From a virus, in IMG/VR virus record IMGVR_UViG_3300035438_001058, positions 1 through 64,000 of that record: a stretch of 64,000 nt of DNA. One strand, 5' to 3'. Both the position numbers and the translations under genes were made by a program. Of the stretch, positions 42,249 through 49,944 are shown one piece after another. The notes beneath the pieces were generated by a model. The model was not told the origin of the DNA. It saw nothing but the letters and a program-made list of their open reading frames with translations, and did no database searches. The first letter of the stretch is position 1; each line of letters opens with the position of its first letter.

Positions 42249-42306
42249 GGCGGTTTCTAGTGAAACATTGACCATAGTTAGGCGGTTTCTAGTGAAACAT
42301 TGACCA
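42249..42306. repeat. Two perfect 26-bp direct repeats (32-bp period) inside a long inverted repeat
   Basis: GGCGGTTTCTAGTGAAACATTGACCA at 42249-42274 and 42281-42306. Confidence 0.9.
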
Positions 42307-42331
42307 AGTAGTAGCACAACCCTGGGGTTGT

Positions 42332-43132
42332 TTATGCTTTGTAATGTGCTTGTGGTTGTTGCTCACCTTCTATGGTGATGAGTTTTTCGTAGCGGTCAAA
42401 TGCCGCATTGCACAATTGGGTGCGGTGATCTGGATGCACCCAGCAAGGTGCACTCAACACCACTGTTTTGTAGTGCAATCCCATCTCATAGTAGCCGTGG
42501 TGGCCACCATTTAGCAGGTACTGGAGTTGGACGTTTGTAAACTCAGAGATGGTGGCGACCAGCTGGTCGAAATCTTGCAGCACTTTAGCGTGCTTTTGTT
42601 TAAACTCTTTCACTTCTGCGAGAGTTGCACTCTCAATGCTGCGCATTGATGTAAACGGCCCGCCAGCGTACTGCTGGGACCATAGCACCTTTGTGGTGCT
42701 ATGGTTTTTGAATGCGGCAATAAGCCCGTCCATACCAGATGGACGTGGGTCTGCGATGAATTTTTTGACAGCCGTTCCAAGAATTTGCAATTCTTCGTTT
42801 TCTTTTGCCACTTTGGCCGCATAAGCCACCGCCTCAGCGGCGAGCCTTGCTCGATACGCCTTCGCATCCGCCACATCGGCCAGGATTTTTTCCAGGTTAT
42901 TTGGCAAACTTCTGGCCGATGCCCAGAAGTGGTATTCACGGCGGAAGTTCCGCCCTGAGATTAGTACCTGAACTACTTCAGGTAGCTCATTGAATTTTCG
43001 AGTATTCCACTCGCTAGTCGTGATTCTAACTCCTTTAATGGTGAAATGAAAATCACTGCAAAATCGGTTAAATGTCACGGATAGGTGTCCTGCCGTGTAC
43101 GTGAATCGGTCAAACTTGTTCTGATCGCTCAT
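42332..43132 (-). CDS. Hypothetical protein
   Basis: ORF 42332..43192; the probable start is ATG 43132 (MSDQNK). Confidence 0.65.
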   Translation of the reverse strand: MSDQNKFDRFTYTAGHLSVTFNRFCSDFHFTIKGVRITTSEWNTRKFNELPEVVQVLISGRNFRREYHFWASARSLPNNLEKILADVADAKAYRARLAAEAVAYAAKVAKENEELQILGTAVKKFIADPRPSGMDGLIAAFKNHSTTKVLWSQQYAGGPFTSMRSIESATLAEVKEFKQKHAKVLQDFDQLVATISEFTNVQLQYLLNGGHHGYYEMGLHYKTVVLSAPCWVHPDHRTQLCNAAFDRYEKLITIEGEQQPQAHYKA

Positions 43133-43330
43133 TTTTATATTTGAACTTTGGTTTGTTAGACCTTGGTAGTTAGCCCGTTCACTGATGTTCAATCAGCATA
43201 CCCCTTTTTCAGGGTTTTCCATAAATTTGCCTACTCTAGTTTACCCCTTTTCGGCTACCTGGGTAATGGTTACTGTGCTTGTAGAATGAGTGTCTACACT
43301 TAGCTGACTACCTTAGTCAGAGCACTTTTT

Positions 43331-43606
43331 TTACTCGATTATATCCCCCCTTACATGGGACGATATTAGAATCCGCCCTAAAGCGGTTTTACTTGTCAGG
43401 ATTAGAACCTGATTGTCGCACCCGACCAGTGCGATACCTGTCGAGTCCTTACACAGGACGGTGACGGGTTTTACTAGTTTGGAGTAGGCCCGCGATTCAC
43501 GAGCATTTACAACGTCTTCCGCGGGGCGGTTGATGTCATCGTAATCCGCAACTTGCAGCGCAAAGGCTGCGAAGGCTGTGACTACTATAATTATGAAATA
43601 TTTCAT
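43331..43606 (-). CDS. Small secreted or membrane protein
   Basis: Signal-like N-terminus. Confidence 0.6.
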   Translation of the reverse strand: MKYFIIIVVTAFAAFALQVADYDDINRPAEDVVNARESRAYSKLVKPVTVLCKDSTGIALVGCDNQVLILTSKTALGRILISSHVRGDIIE

Positions 43607-43627
43607 ATTTAAATTTTTTAATATTTC

Positions 43628-43978
43628 TCAAAGGCCTCTATATCGAATTGGCCAATGATGAGAAAAGGTAATATCAAGGATTTCCCCCTTTCTAGGAAAA
43701 GGGGAACTAAAGAAGGTGTTAAAATCAAATCCCTCTATGAAGAGGTTGTCGGTAGCGGAGAGGATCTCAAGAACGCATTCGGCGTAATTGAGGGCACTAG
43801 CACGTCCCCAGGGGAAAGCAAAAACAAGGTATGTTTTATATCTTGTTTTGCGGATTGCGTACCCACTTGCGTGGCTTAACACCAATTTTCCCTTGTTGAA
43901 GCTAGGTACTGTGTCTAAGTACCTAGCTTCCACTAATATGTCCTTCATTTTTTTATGGTTAAATTTCGCGTGGCTCAC
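43628..43978 (-). CDS. Hypothetical protein (TGA stop)
   Basis: 116-aa ORF; the start may be the internal MKDIL. Confidence 0.5.
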   Translation of the reverse strand: MSHAKFNHKKMKDILVEARYLDTVPSFNKGKLVLSHASGYAIRKTRYKTYLVFAFPWGRASALNYAECVLEILSATDNLFIEGFDFNTFFSSPFPRKGEILDITFSHHWPIRYRGL

Positions 43979-44285
43979 TATGAGACAATATTTCTGGTAC
44001 CCATTTTAGCCTACTACAAAGTCTATTGTGCAGCGTTCTGCACAATTCAGCTTCTGCCGGGGTTGCTGGGGCAAATTCCTCGCAAATTAATACGAGTTTT
44101 TTTATTCGGTCATTTGATAAATACCTAAAATAATAGGCATCGATAGGGATAAGGCAATCCTCGTCCGAGCAATGCCTCTCGTCGTCTATGTTATAGACGT
44201 ATTCATCAATAAGAGGGTTTTTAAAATTTGCGCAAACTCCTAGCGCTTTAGTTGACACTGTAAGCCTTGAAATGAAATGTCCCAT
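43959..44285 (-). CDS. Hypothetical protein
   Basis: 108-aa ORF with an A-rich leader. Confidence 0.55.
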   Translation of the reverse strand: MGHFISRLTVSTKALGVCANFKNPLIDEYVYNIDDERHCSDEDCLIPIDAYYFRYLSNDRIKKLVLICEEFAPATPAEAELCRTLHNRLCSRLKWVPEILSHSEPREI

Positions 44286-44389
44286 GATTTCGTTTTTTAA
44301 TTTATTAATTCATAGTTCGGCTATTTGCATTGGTTAGGTGCAAATATATTAAAATATAGACACAATGGGGTGGGAGGTTAGTTTTCTGG

Positions 44390-44902
44390 TTAGTTTTCTG
44401 GTTCTGTGACGTTTTCTGGCTTCTCTTCTGGCTTCTCTTCTGGCTTCTCTTCTGGCTTCTCGATTGCACTCAAAGAAACCAATTGATTGTACAAAAAAGT
44501 ATCCGACATCGGATTGATGCAACTTACCGATATCCATTGTATCCGCGCATCTGCGGTTGAAACCTGGAATTTGCATTGTGCTGGCCCTGCATTTAGTTGC
44601 AAGGCAACTTTCAAATGCATCTTGCACGTGTAAGGTATGTTGCCTACTAAAATTTCGGCAGTTCCTGTGCATTGCATCTTCTCTGAAGCAATGGTATATG
44701 TTTTGTCATCGGCACCAACACGAGACTCGATACGAGACGTTGGTAGCCCGCTACATACGTAAGACTTCAGCGTCACCGCCTGTATCGGATCGTTCTGAAC
44801 GAGCGCAAAAAGTTTTTGGTTTACAGAGCCACCACCGCCTGTTGGCGAAGTGATAGCCGCAAAAGCCGCCTTAACGGCTTCAAGTTTAGTTACCTGGAAC
44901 AT
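44390..44902 (-). CDS. Hypothetical protein with a (KPEE)n acidic tail; first gene of the leftward arm
   Basis: 170-aa ORF; 12-bp tandem repeats at about 44415-44460. Confidence 0.7.
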   Translation of the reverse strand: MFQVTKLEAVKAAFAAITSPTGGGGSVNQKLFALVQNDPIQAVTLKSYVCSGLPTSRIESRVGADDKTYTIASEKMQCTGTAEILVGNIPYTCKMHLKVALQLNAGPAQCKFQVSTADARIQWISVSCINPMSDTFLYNQLVSLSAIEKPEEKPEEKPEEKPENVTEPEN

Positions 44903-44990
44903 AATTGAAATGATTTTATAATGTTAAAATGAAAAACGATATGAGTAACCCCCCACCCCATTTGTGCCAACAAAAGCGAAGCGGGGGTAT

Positions 44991-45160
44991 GAAGTTGGGG
45001 GCCTAACTCTTTAACCCGAATATGTAAGTTTGACTCTTTAACACGAATATGTAAGTTGGGGGCCAAGCTCTTTAATAGACATATATATATATATATATAT
45101 AAATGAAGGGGGGGGGTCTTTATATAAATGGGGGGGTATCTTTATTTTAAAGGGGGGCGT
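44991..45160. repeat. Direct-repeat, (AT)n and G-run cluster at the strand-divergence point (candidate origin or genome terminus)
   Basis: ACTCTTTAAC(C/A)CGAATATGTAAGTT at 45006 and 45033; AAGTTGGGGGCC twice; (AT)10 at 45081-45100; several G runs. Confidence 0.7.
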
Positions 45161-45178
45161 ATTTAGTCACTAGAATAC

Positions 45179-45209
45179 TTGCTTTTTCTCTTTTAATGTC
45201 GTATCTTTG
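45179..45209 (+). promoter_or_regulatory. Bacteroidota sigma-70-type promoter
   Basis: TTG-N20-TATCTTTG matches the -33 TTG / -7 TAnnTTTG consensus. Confidence 0.7.
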
Positions 45210-45222
45210 TAAGAAATGTTAT

Positions 45223-45444
45223 ATGGAAAAGATCAATCATCCCACTCACTATCAAGCTGGTAATGACACTTATGAGGTTATAAAGGTTATAGATGCGTGG
45301 GAATTAAATTTCAGTTTAGGGAATGTAGTTAAGTATCTTTATAGGGCTGGTAAGAAGGATAATGTGTTAGAGGATCTGCAAAAAGCCCTCTGGTATCTAC
45401 AAAATGAGATAAAAAACACAGAAAATAAAGTTTTTTTAAAATAA
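45223..45444 (+). CDS. DUF3310-like protein
   Basis: INHPTHY...EVIKVI...FSLGNVVKYLYRAGKK...EDLQKALWYL. Confidence 0.85.
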   Translation: MEKINHPTHYQAGNDTYEVIKVIDAWELNFSLGNVVKYLYRAGKKDNVLEDLQKALWYLQNEIKNTENKVFLK

Positions 45445-45477
45445 ATGAAAATAAATTGAAAATAAATGACAAAAAAC

Positions 45478-45508
45478 TTGCATTTCGCATTTTAATGTTG
45501 TATCTTTG
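45478..45508 (+). promoter_or_regulatory. Bacteroidota sigma-70-type promoter (second copy)
   Basis: TTG-N20-TATCTTTG; shares TTTTAATGTyGTATCTTTGTA with the 45179 copy. Confidence 0.7.
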
Positions 45509-45514
45509 TACTTA

Positions 45515-45940
45515 TTAACGAAGAAGCAATTCTTCCCTTGGAAACACCAATAGCAACCATCTCTGTCCGAAGAGATGTACGACCCTACGACACCACAGCA
45601 AGCACTGACGTAGTCCTGGGTCCAGAAGTCGGATTGCCTACTAAGTTAGTTTAGGGAGTAGGTGCTTTTCTCCGATAGTTGCGCAAATGCGTATCATAAA
45701 TGCGAGAATTACTGTTGATTAATAAGTCGGAAAACTTATTTTTTGGGTCGCCCTTAATTGCGGAGCACTGGCAGTATATTAAGTAGGATTCGTAAACCCC
45801 GACCGGCTCTTTGAGGTAGAGAAGGTTCTTGTCAAAACTTTAAAAAGTGGAGGCAGGGCATTGCTATATCTTAATGTGAACTACATCATCAACCCCCTAC
45901 CCCCTTCCAGGGGAGATTGATTTGAAAAAAATCAATCTAT
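45515..45940 (+). ncRNA. Candidate large structured non-coding RNA
   Basis: ORF-free, downstream of a promoter, with many nested stems (see findings). Confidence 0.55.
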
Positions 45941-45952
45941 AAAATAGAAATT

Positions 45953-46318
45953 ATGATAAAGATTACAACTGATTCCAAACTAGTTTTCTTCCAAAAGATT
46001 CTGGCTGTTATATCTGCTCTGTCTCCAGAGGACAAGCAGCTATCTTCTTCGGAGTTAGATACTCTATCAAGGTTTCTAGCTCTTCCCCGTCAGTATGATT
46101 ACTTTCCATTTACGGCTAAAGCTAGGAAAGAGATATATAGGCAGTACACTCCTAATATGTCAGTGCAGATTGTTTCTGCTAGAGTTACTTCTCTGATATT
46201 AAAAGGTTACCTTATAAGGGATGAAGATAATTTTGTAGATTTCTCCCCACAGATAAAGAAACTAAGGACACTAAATTCATTCGATGTTAAAATACAAGAT
46301 TCACCCACTAATAGCTAA
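45953..46318 (+). CDS. Putative winged-helix DNA-binding protein
   Basis: LSSSELDTL and VTSLILKGYLIR give a MarR-like pattern. Confidence 0.5.
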   Translation: MIKITTDSKLVFFQKILAVISALSPEDKQLSSSELDTLSRFLALPRQYDYFPFTAKARKEIYRQYTPNMSVQIVSARVTSLILKGYLIRDEDNFVDFSPQIKKLRTLNSFDVKIQDSPTNS

Positions 46319-46622
46319 GACAGCTGAAGACCTTAATATGCCTTTAGAGGTGGTAAGTTCAGTGGTATTACATGAGTTTGAAACCATAAAGAATAATATT
46401 GTTAATCCCATCTATCTAGGTTATAGGTTAGAGGATCTAGGTAAATTCTTCTTTAAAAGAAATCAGTATTATTCTGCGGCCTTTAGGTTGTTAATTAGGT
46501 ATAGGAAAGGTACAGTTAATAAGGAATTGCTTCAGAAGTTTATTCAGATGAGGCATTTAGTTAATAAATATTATTTTTTACAAAAGTATAAACGCCGATT
46601 TGGAAGTTGGCACTGGAAATAA
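46284..46622 (+). CDS. HU/IHF-like DNA-binding protein
   Basis: LIAKTAEDLNMPLEVVSSVV...YRLEDLGKF resembles the HU/IHF helix-helix-strand pattern. Confidence 0.55.
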   Translation: MLKYKIHPLIAKTAEDLNMPLEVVSSVVLHEFETIKNNIVNPIYLGYRLEDLGKFFFKRNQYYSAAFRLLIRYRKGTVNKELLQKFIQMRHLVNKYYFLQKYKRRFGSWHWK

Positions 46623-46623
46623 A

Positions 46624-46956
46624 ATGAACAGGAAAATGACAAATAACGCTAATTCTCAGCACGCTCAACAAGCAGCTATGAATCACCAAATGCACACACA
46701 CTCTATTACCGTACTTACTGAGTTGTACAAGAATACGCCAATTGAATCTAATTTAAGGCCAGCACTTGAGGAGGCATTACTAGGATTGCTAGAGCCATTC
46801 TTACCTAGGTTAGCTGCTCCACCAACATTTCAATCAACACTTGAACCAACATTTCAATCAAAAAGTATTCAATCAGAAGGTATTCAATCAGAAGGTGTTG
46901 TCTTAGACACCTATAATCCAGATTACACTTATACAGAATCTAAAATTATTCAGTAA
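46624..46956 (+). CDS. Hypothetical protein
   Basis: ORF 46600..46956; ATG 46624 follows the upstream stop. Confidence 0.55.
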   Translation: MNRKMTNNANSQHAQQAAMNHQMHTHSITVLTELYKNTPIESNLRPALEEALLGLLEPFLPRLAAPPTFQSTLEPTFQSKSIQSEGIQSEGVVLDTYNPDYTYTESKIIQ

Positions 46957-47321
46957 TGGTTTTAACTCAAGATAAAGTACTTATTCAGTTGGATGAACAT
47001 CCAGATCACACTGTGACAGAATCTAATATTTATATCCCACAGTTTATAAATGCTGAGTCAGATGGTGGGCGCCCAATGTCTATTCCTTCTAATCAGAAGT
47101 ATCTAGCTTCAGGTGTTGTGGTTGATTTATCAGATGCGGCTAAAAAGAAGATGGAAGATAACAACACTCCTATTAAGAAAGGAGATAAAGTTTTCGTATC
47201 TACATCGGTAGTTAACCAAGGTTATCATTTTCAACTTAAGAGAGATTCTATAGTTTATGATTTTGATGGTCTAGTACTAATTCCAACTATATTAATAGAG
47301 GCAATATTAAATGAAAAATAA
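46956..47321 (+). CDS. groES: GroES-like co-chaperonin
   Basis: DKVLIQ...TESNIYIP...SGVVV...IKKGDKV...IEAIL pattern. Confidence 0.65.
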   Translation: MVLTQDKVLIQLDEHPDHTVTESNIYIPQFINAESDGGRPMSIPSNQKYLASGVVVDLSDAAKKKMEDNNTPIKKGDKVFVSTSVVNQGYHFQLKRDSIVYDFDGLVLIPTILIEAILNEK

Positions 47322-47694
47322 ACAAAAACCTAATACTCCAAAATCAGAAGTATTAAAAACAATAGAAACCCCAATGGTAGAACAACATATTTTCGATAGT
47401 CTTAATAGCGAGCACTCAAAATTTAAGGAAGAAATATCTATTATTACGAGTGAGCTTGAGGCTGTTAAGAAAGAGAGAGAAGCCTTTCAAAATATAGCTA
47501 ATACAGCGGCTTCTAAGTTGGTAAGTATTGAATCTGCTGTTACTCCTTTTCTTAATAGAAAGTTCAATGTTGTAACAGCTATATATCATTTAAAGGATGT
47601 GGTCGAACTTATTAAACAGATTGTAGAAGCTGTTAAAGAATTCCGTGCTCAGTTTATGGCACCTAACGTTAAACCTGATGATTCTACTAAATAA
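47311..47694 (+). CDS. Coiled-coil hypothetical protein
   Basis: 127-aa ORF. Confidence 0.6.
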   Translation: MKNKQKPNTPKSEVLKTIETPMVEQHIFDSLNSEHSKFKEEISIITSELEAVKKEREAFQNIANTAASKLVSIESAVTPFLNRKFNVVTAIYHLKDVVELIKQIVEAVKEFRAQFMAPNVKPDDSTK

Positions 47695-48172
47695 TTTTGA
47701 TCCTTTTCAAGATTTTTTTAATAGCAATCCACAATTAAAGATCTTATTTAAAGATTATTTAAAAGTTCCTTCTTCCCATATGTGAGGTCTATTTCTATAT
47801 TCTCATCCAGACTCAAAGTTTTTTAATGAGTCTCCAGAAGATAGAAAAGACCTCATATTTAAGGATTATCTTAAGAAAGATAAGACATTTGATTGGGATA
47901 AATATGAGGAGCTATTAAAGAAGATTGAAGTCTCTGTTTTAACTAAAGCTCAAAGAGCCCTTATGAGATGGGAACAGACGTTACATGAACGGGATGATTT
48001 CATAGCTTCTATTCCTTATACTCTCGAGACTTTTGAGGCTAAGGATAAGATGATGGCGATTACCCCAAAGCTTTGAGATCAATATGAAGCTGTATTAGAT
48101 AGGTTGAATAAAGATCAAGGATCTACAATGGGGGACATAGAAGAGTCTCTATCAGAAAAAGGTATTATATAA
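47678..48172 (+). CDS. Hypothetical protein missing from the ORF track (164 aa with TGA 47783 and 48074 read as Trp); possible small terminase
   Basis: MILLNNFDPFQDFFNSNPQL...SSHM*GLFLYSHPDSKFF...TPKL*DQYE...EESLSEKGII-TAA fills the 47694-48183 gap. Confidence 0.75.
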
Positions 48173-48182
48173 TAAGAAGATT

Positions 48183-48464
48183 ATGCATACAGTAAAAAAC
48201 TTAGACAATTTAGATGTTCAGTCAGACGTTAAAATGAGTCGTCTTCAAGCTAACGAACAGATAATTAATCTTATCACTGATTATATGAGAACTTATACGG
48301 ACCAAAGGTTTGGGCAGATACTATATAATTTAGGTGTAGCTACACATTCCGTGTATCATACAATGCCGCAAGAAGGTGAAAGAGCTCAAGTTGGTTACAG
48401 AGATATATTCTTTGAAGAATCTGCTGAGACATTAAAGAAATTAACAATAAAAGATGGGGATTAA
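48183..48464 (+). CDS. Hypothetical phage protein
   Basis: YTDQRFGQIL...DIFFEES is a pattern seen in small phage proteins. Confidence 0.65.
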   Translation: MHTVKNLDNLDVQSDVKMSRLQANEQIINLITDYMRTYTDQRFGQILYNLGVATHSVYHTMPQEGERAQVGYRDIFFEESAETLKKLTIKDGD

Positions 48465-48477
48465 TTTCCCCTACATT

Positions 48478-48757
48478 GGGGGTGCCAGGTATTGATTGCA
48501 CTCATAGGTTTGGTATTACTAGCAAGCAGTCTAAAGACTATAAATTTAAATAATCGACAATAATACTAATGACTTTGGTATCGGACTTCCGTCCTTTTCC
48601 ACAGAAGCAGTTGCTCCTTCTGTTACTCAAGAGCAGCCAGTTTACCAGTACGCATAAGTTTACCACACTAATAGACTATAATATAGGTGTACAGAAGCTT
48701 GTAATTCTAGAATATTAAACGAGTCGTAAGACAGCGGTTCGAATCCGCTCACCTCCA
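48478..48757 (+). ncRNA. ssrA: tmRNA
   Basis: 5' GGGGGTG pairs with 3' CACCTCC-A, including a G3:U Ala identity pair. T arm AGCGG-TTCGAAT-CCGCT. Tag ORF 48556-48657 follows TAAATAATC and ends in YA-TAA. Confidence 0.9.
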
Positions 48758-48772
48758 CTAAAATTAATTATT

Positions 48773-49042
48773 ATGTTTATTTATGTTTATGGATTTCAAA
48801 ATTTAGACGGGAAGTCTAGTACAATAATCCCGTTAGCTATCCTCTCTAGCTCTATAACTGCTTTTAAAGAGTTTGTAGACGATAATACGCCAGAAAGAAA
48901 ATCTTTAATTGAGACAGATACAGGTATGTATTTTACCACGTCTTCTTTTGAAGAGTTAAAAGAAATGATTGATCCGGACACTGATTGGACAAGAGACGCC
49001 CCTGTTCCAGTAGAGCCTCTGCCTTTGAATATGGGACAATAA
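48773..49042 (+). CDS. Hypothetical protein
   Basis: 89-aa ORF. Confidence 0.6.
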   Translation: MFIYVYGFQNLDGKSSTIIPLAILSSSITAFKEFVDDNTPERKSLIETDTGMYFTTSSFEELKEMIDPDTDWTRDAPVPVEPLPLNMGQ

Positions 49043-49099
49043 ATCGCTAACAGTCGTTAGGTCTCGCCCTCCATGTCGTAAGATGTGAGGGGGCAATTC

Positions 49100-49171
49100 G
49101 GGGATATGGGGTAATCGGTAACCGGGAAGTCTTCAAAACTTTAGTTGTCTGTTCGAGTCAGACTGTCCTCG
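49100..49171 (+). tRNA. Opal (UGA) suppressor tRNA, anticodon UCA, probably tRNA-Trp
   Basis: Acceptor GGGGATA/TGTCCTC with discriminator G; anticodon arm GAAGT-CTTCAAA-ACTTT (TCA at 49133-49135); short variable loop; T arm GTCTG-TTCGAGT-CAGAC. Confidence 0.9.
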
Positions 49172-49188
49172 CCCACAAAATTTTTATT

Positions 49189-49554
49189 ATGGAAACTAAA
49201 TCACTTACGTCAATATTGACACTTTTTTTTCAACTGTCTAATGATCTTCATTGGCACCATTTAAATACCAAATCTTTTGCTGAACACAAAGCTTTGGAGT
49301 TTGCGTATGAAAAGATATTAGGTTATAAGGATACAATTGCTGAACAACTTATTCCGTTCGAAGGTAAACTTACGACTATGAAGTTATTATCTATACCTTC
49401 CTCTAAATGCGCAGAACTTCCTACTGATATTGTTATAGCTGCAGAAGCGCTCTGTGAGTTAGCTGAAGCTAAAGGCTACGATAATATAGAGAATTTATCG
49501 GAAGAGATTATAGGGGTTGCAGCCAAACTTAAATATTTATTAAACTTAGTATAA
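49189..49554 (+). CDS. Ferritin/Dps-like four-helix protein (DUF5856-like)
   Basis: LHWHHLNTKSFAEHKAL...DTIAEQ...IENLSEEI...LKYLL. Confidence 0.7.
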   Translation: METKSLTSILTLFFQLSNDLHWHHLNTKSFAEHKALEFAYEKILGYKDTIAEQLIPFEGKLTTMKLLSIPSSKCAELPTDIVIAAEALCELAEAKGYDNIENLSEEIIGVAAKLKYLLNLV

Positions 49555-49555
49555 T

Positions 49556-49696
49556 ATGAAAAATAAATTTTTTACTATAGAAGAACTAATTGCTTTTGGT
49601 AACTATCTCTTGTCTGATAAAAGGGCTGAATTAGTTGATCCTAAAGTACAGAACATGGTACATGATTCTGATCTATTTAATTACTTCATTGACTAA
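49556..49696 (+). CDS. Small hypothetical protein (46 aa)
   Basis: MKNKFFTIEELIAFGNYLLSDKR...VHDSDLFNYFID fills the gap between its neighbours. Confidence 0.6.
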   Translation: MKNKFFTIEELIAFGNYLLSDKRAELVDPKVQNMVHDSDLFNYFID

Positions 49697-49698
49697 TA

Positions 49699-49944
49699 AT
49701 GACTATAAAGGTTAATATTTCTTTCGAACTTTGGCCATATCAACAGTCTTACTCAGTAGAAATACCAGAAGATAAGTTTAAGGAAATGGATAAGTATGTG
49801 GATTCTATAACATCTAATTTAAAGATGTCATTATTATCCCATGTACGTGTCCATCACCCTAATTTATGGTATAAATATTCTCCTTTAGAAGATCAAATAC
49901 TGGCAACTTTAAAAATAGAAAATCACACACACAAAATTAAATAA
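49699..49944 (+). CDS. Hypothetical protein
   Basis: 81-aa ORF; TAATG overlap with groEL. Confidence 0.6.
   Translation: MTIKVNISFELWPYQQSYSVEIPEDKFKEMDKYVDSITSNLKMSLLSHVRVHHPNLWYKYSPLEDQILATLKIENHTHKIK

Noticed and set aside
42249-42306. CRISPR array
   Set aside because: Only two repeats separated by 6 nt, with no spacer-length sequence and no cas genes.
44341-44348. Minus-strand TATATTTG promoter element
   Set aside because: It matches the -7 consensus but has no TTG at the 20-nt spacing seen in the two plus-strand promoters, so support is too weak.
44415-44460. 12-bp tandem repeat as a regulatory array
   Set aside because: It encodes the (KPEE)n tail of gene 44390-44902.
27000-44900. 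Whole-genome code 4 (host that always reads UGA as Trp)
   Set aside because: Eleven genes in this module end at TGA, including ATGA couplings and a natural domain end, and the promoters point to a Bacteroidota host.
49100-49171. Selenocysteine tRNA (also has a UCA anticodon)
   Set aside because: It has a 7-bp acceptor stem and a 4-nt variable loop rather than the long tRNA-Sec arms, and the TGA contexts fit Trp rather than Cys.
49172-49190. tRNA-associated HDV-like (theta) ribozyme after the suppressor tRNA
   Set aside because: Only 17 AT-rich nt separate the tRNA from the next start codon, leaving no room for the fold.
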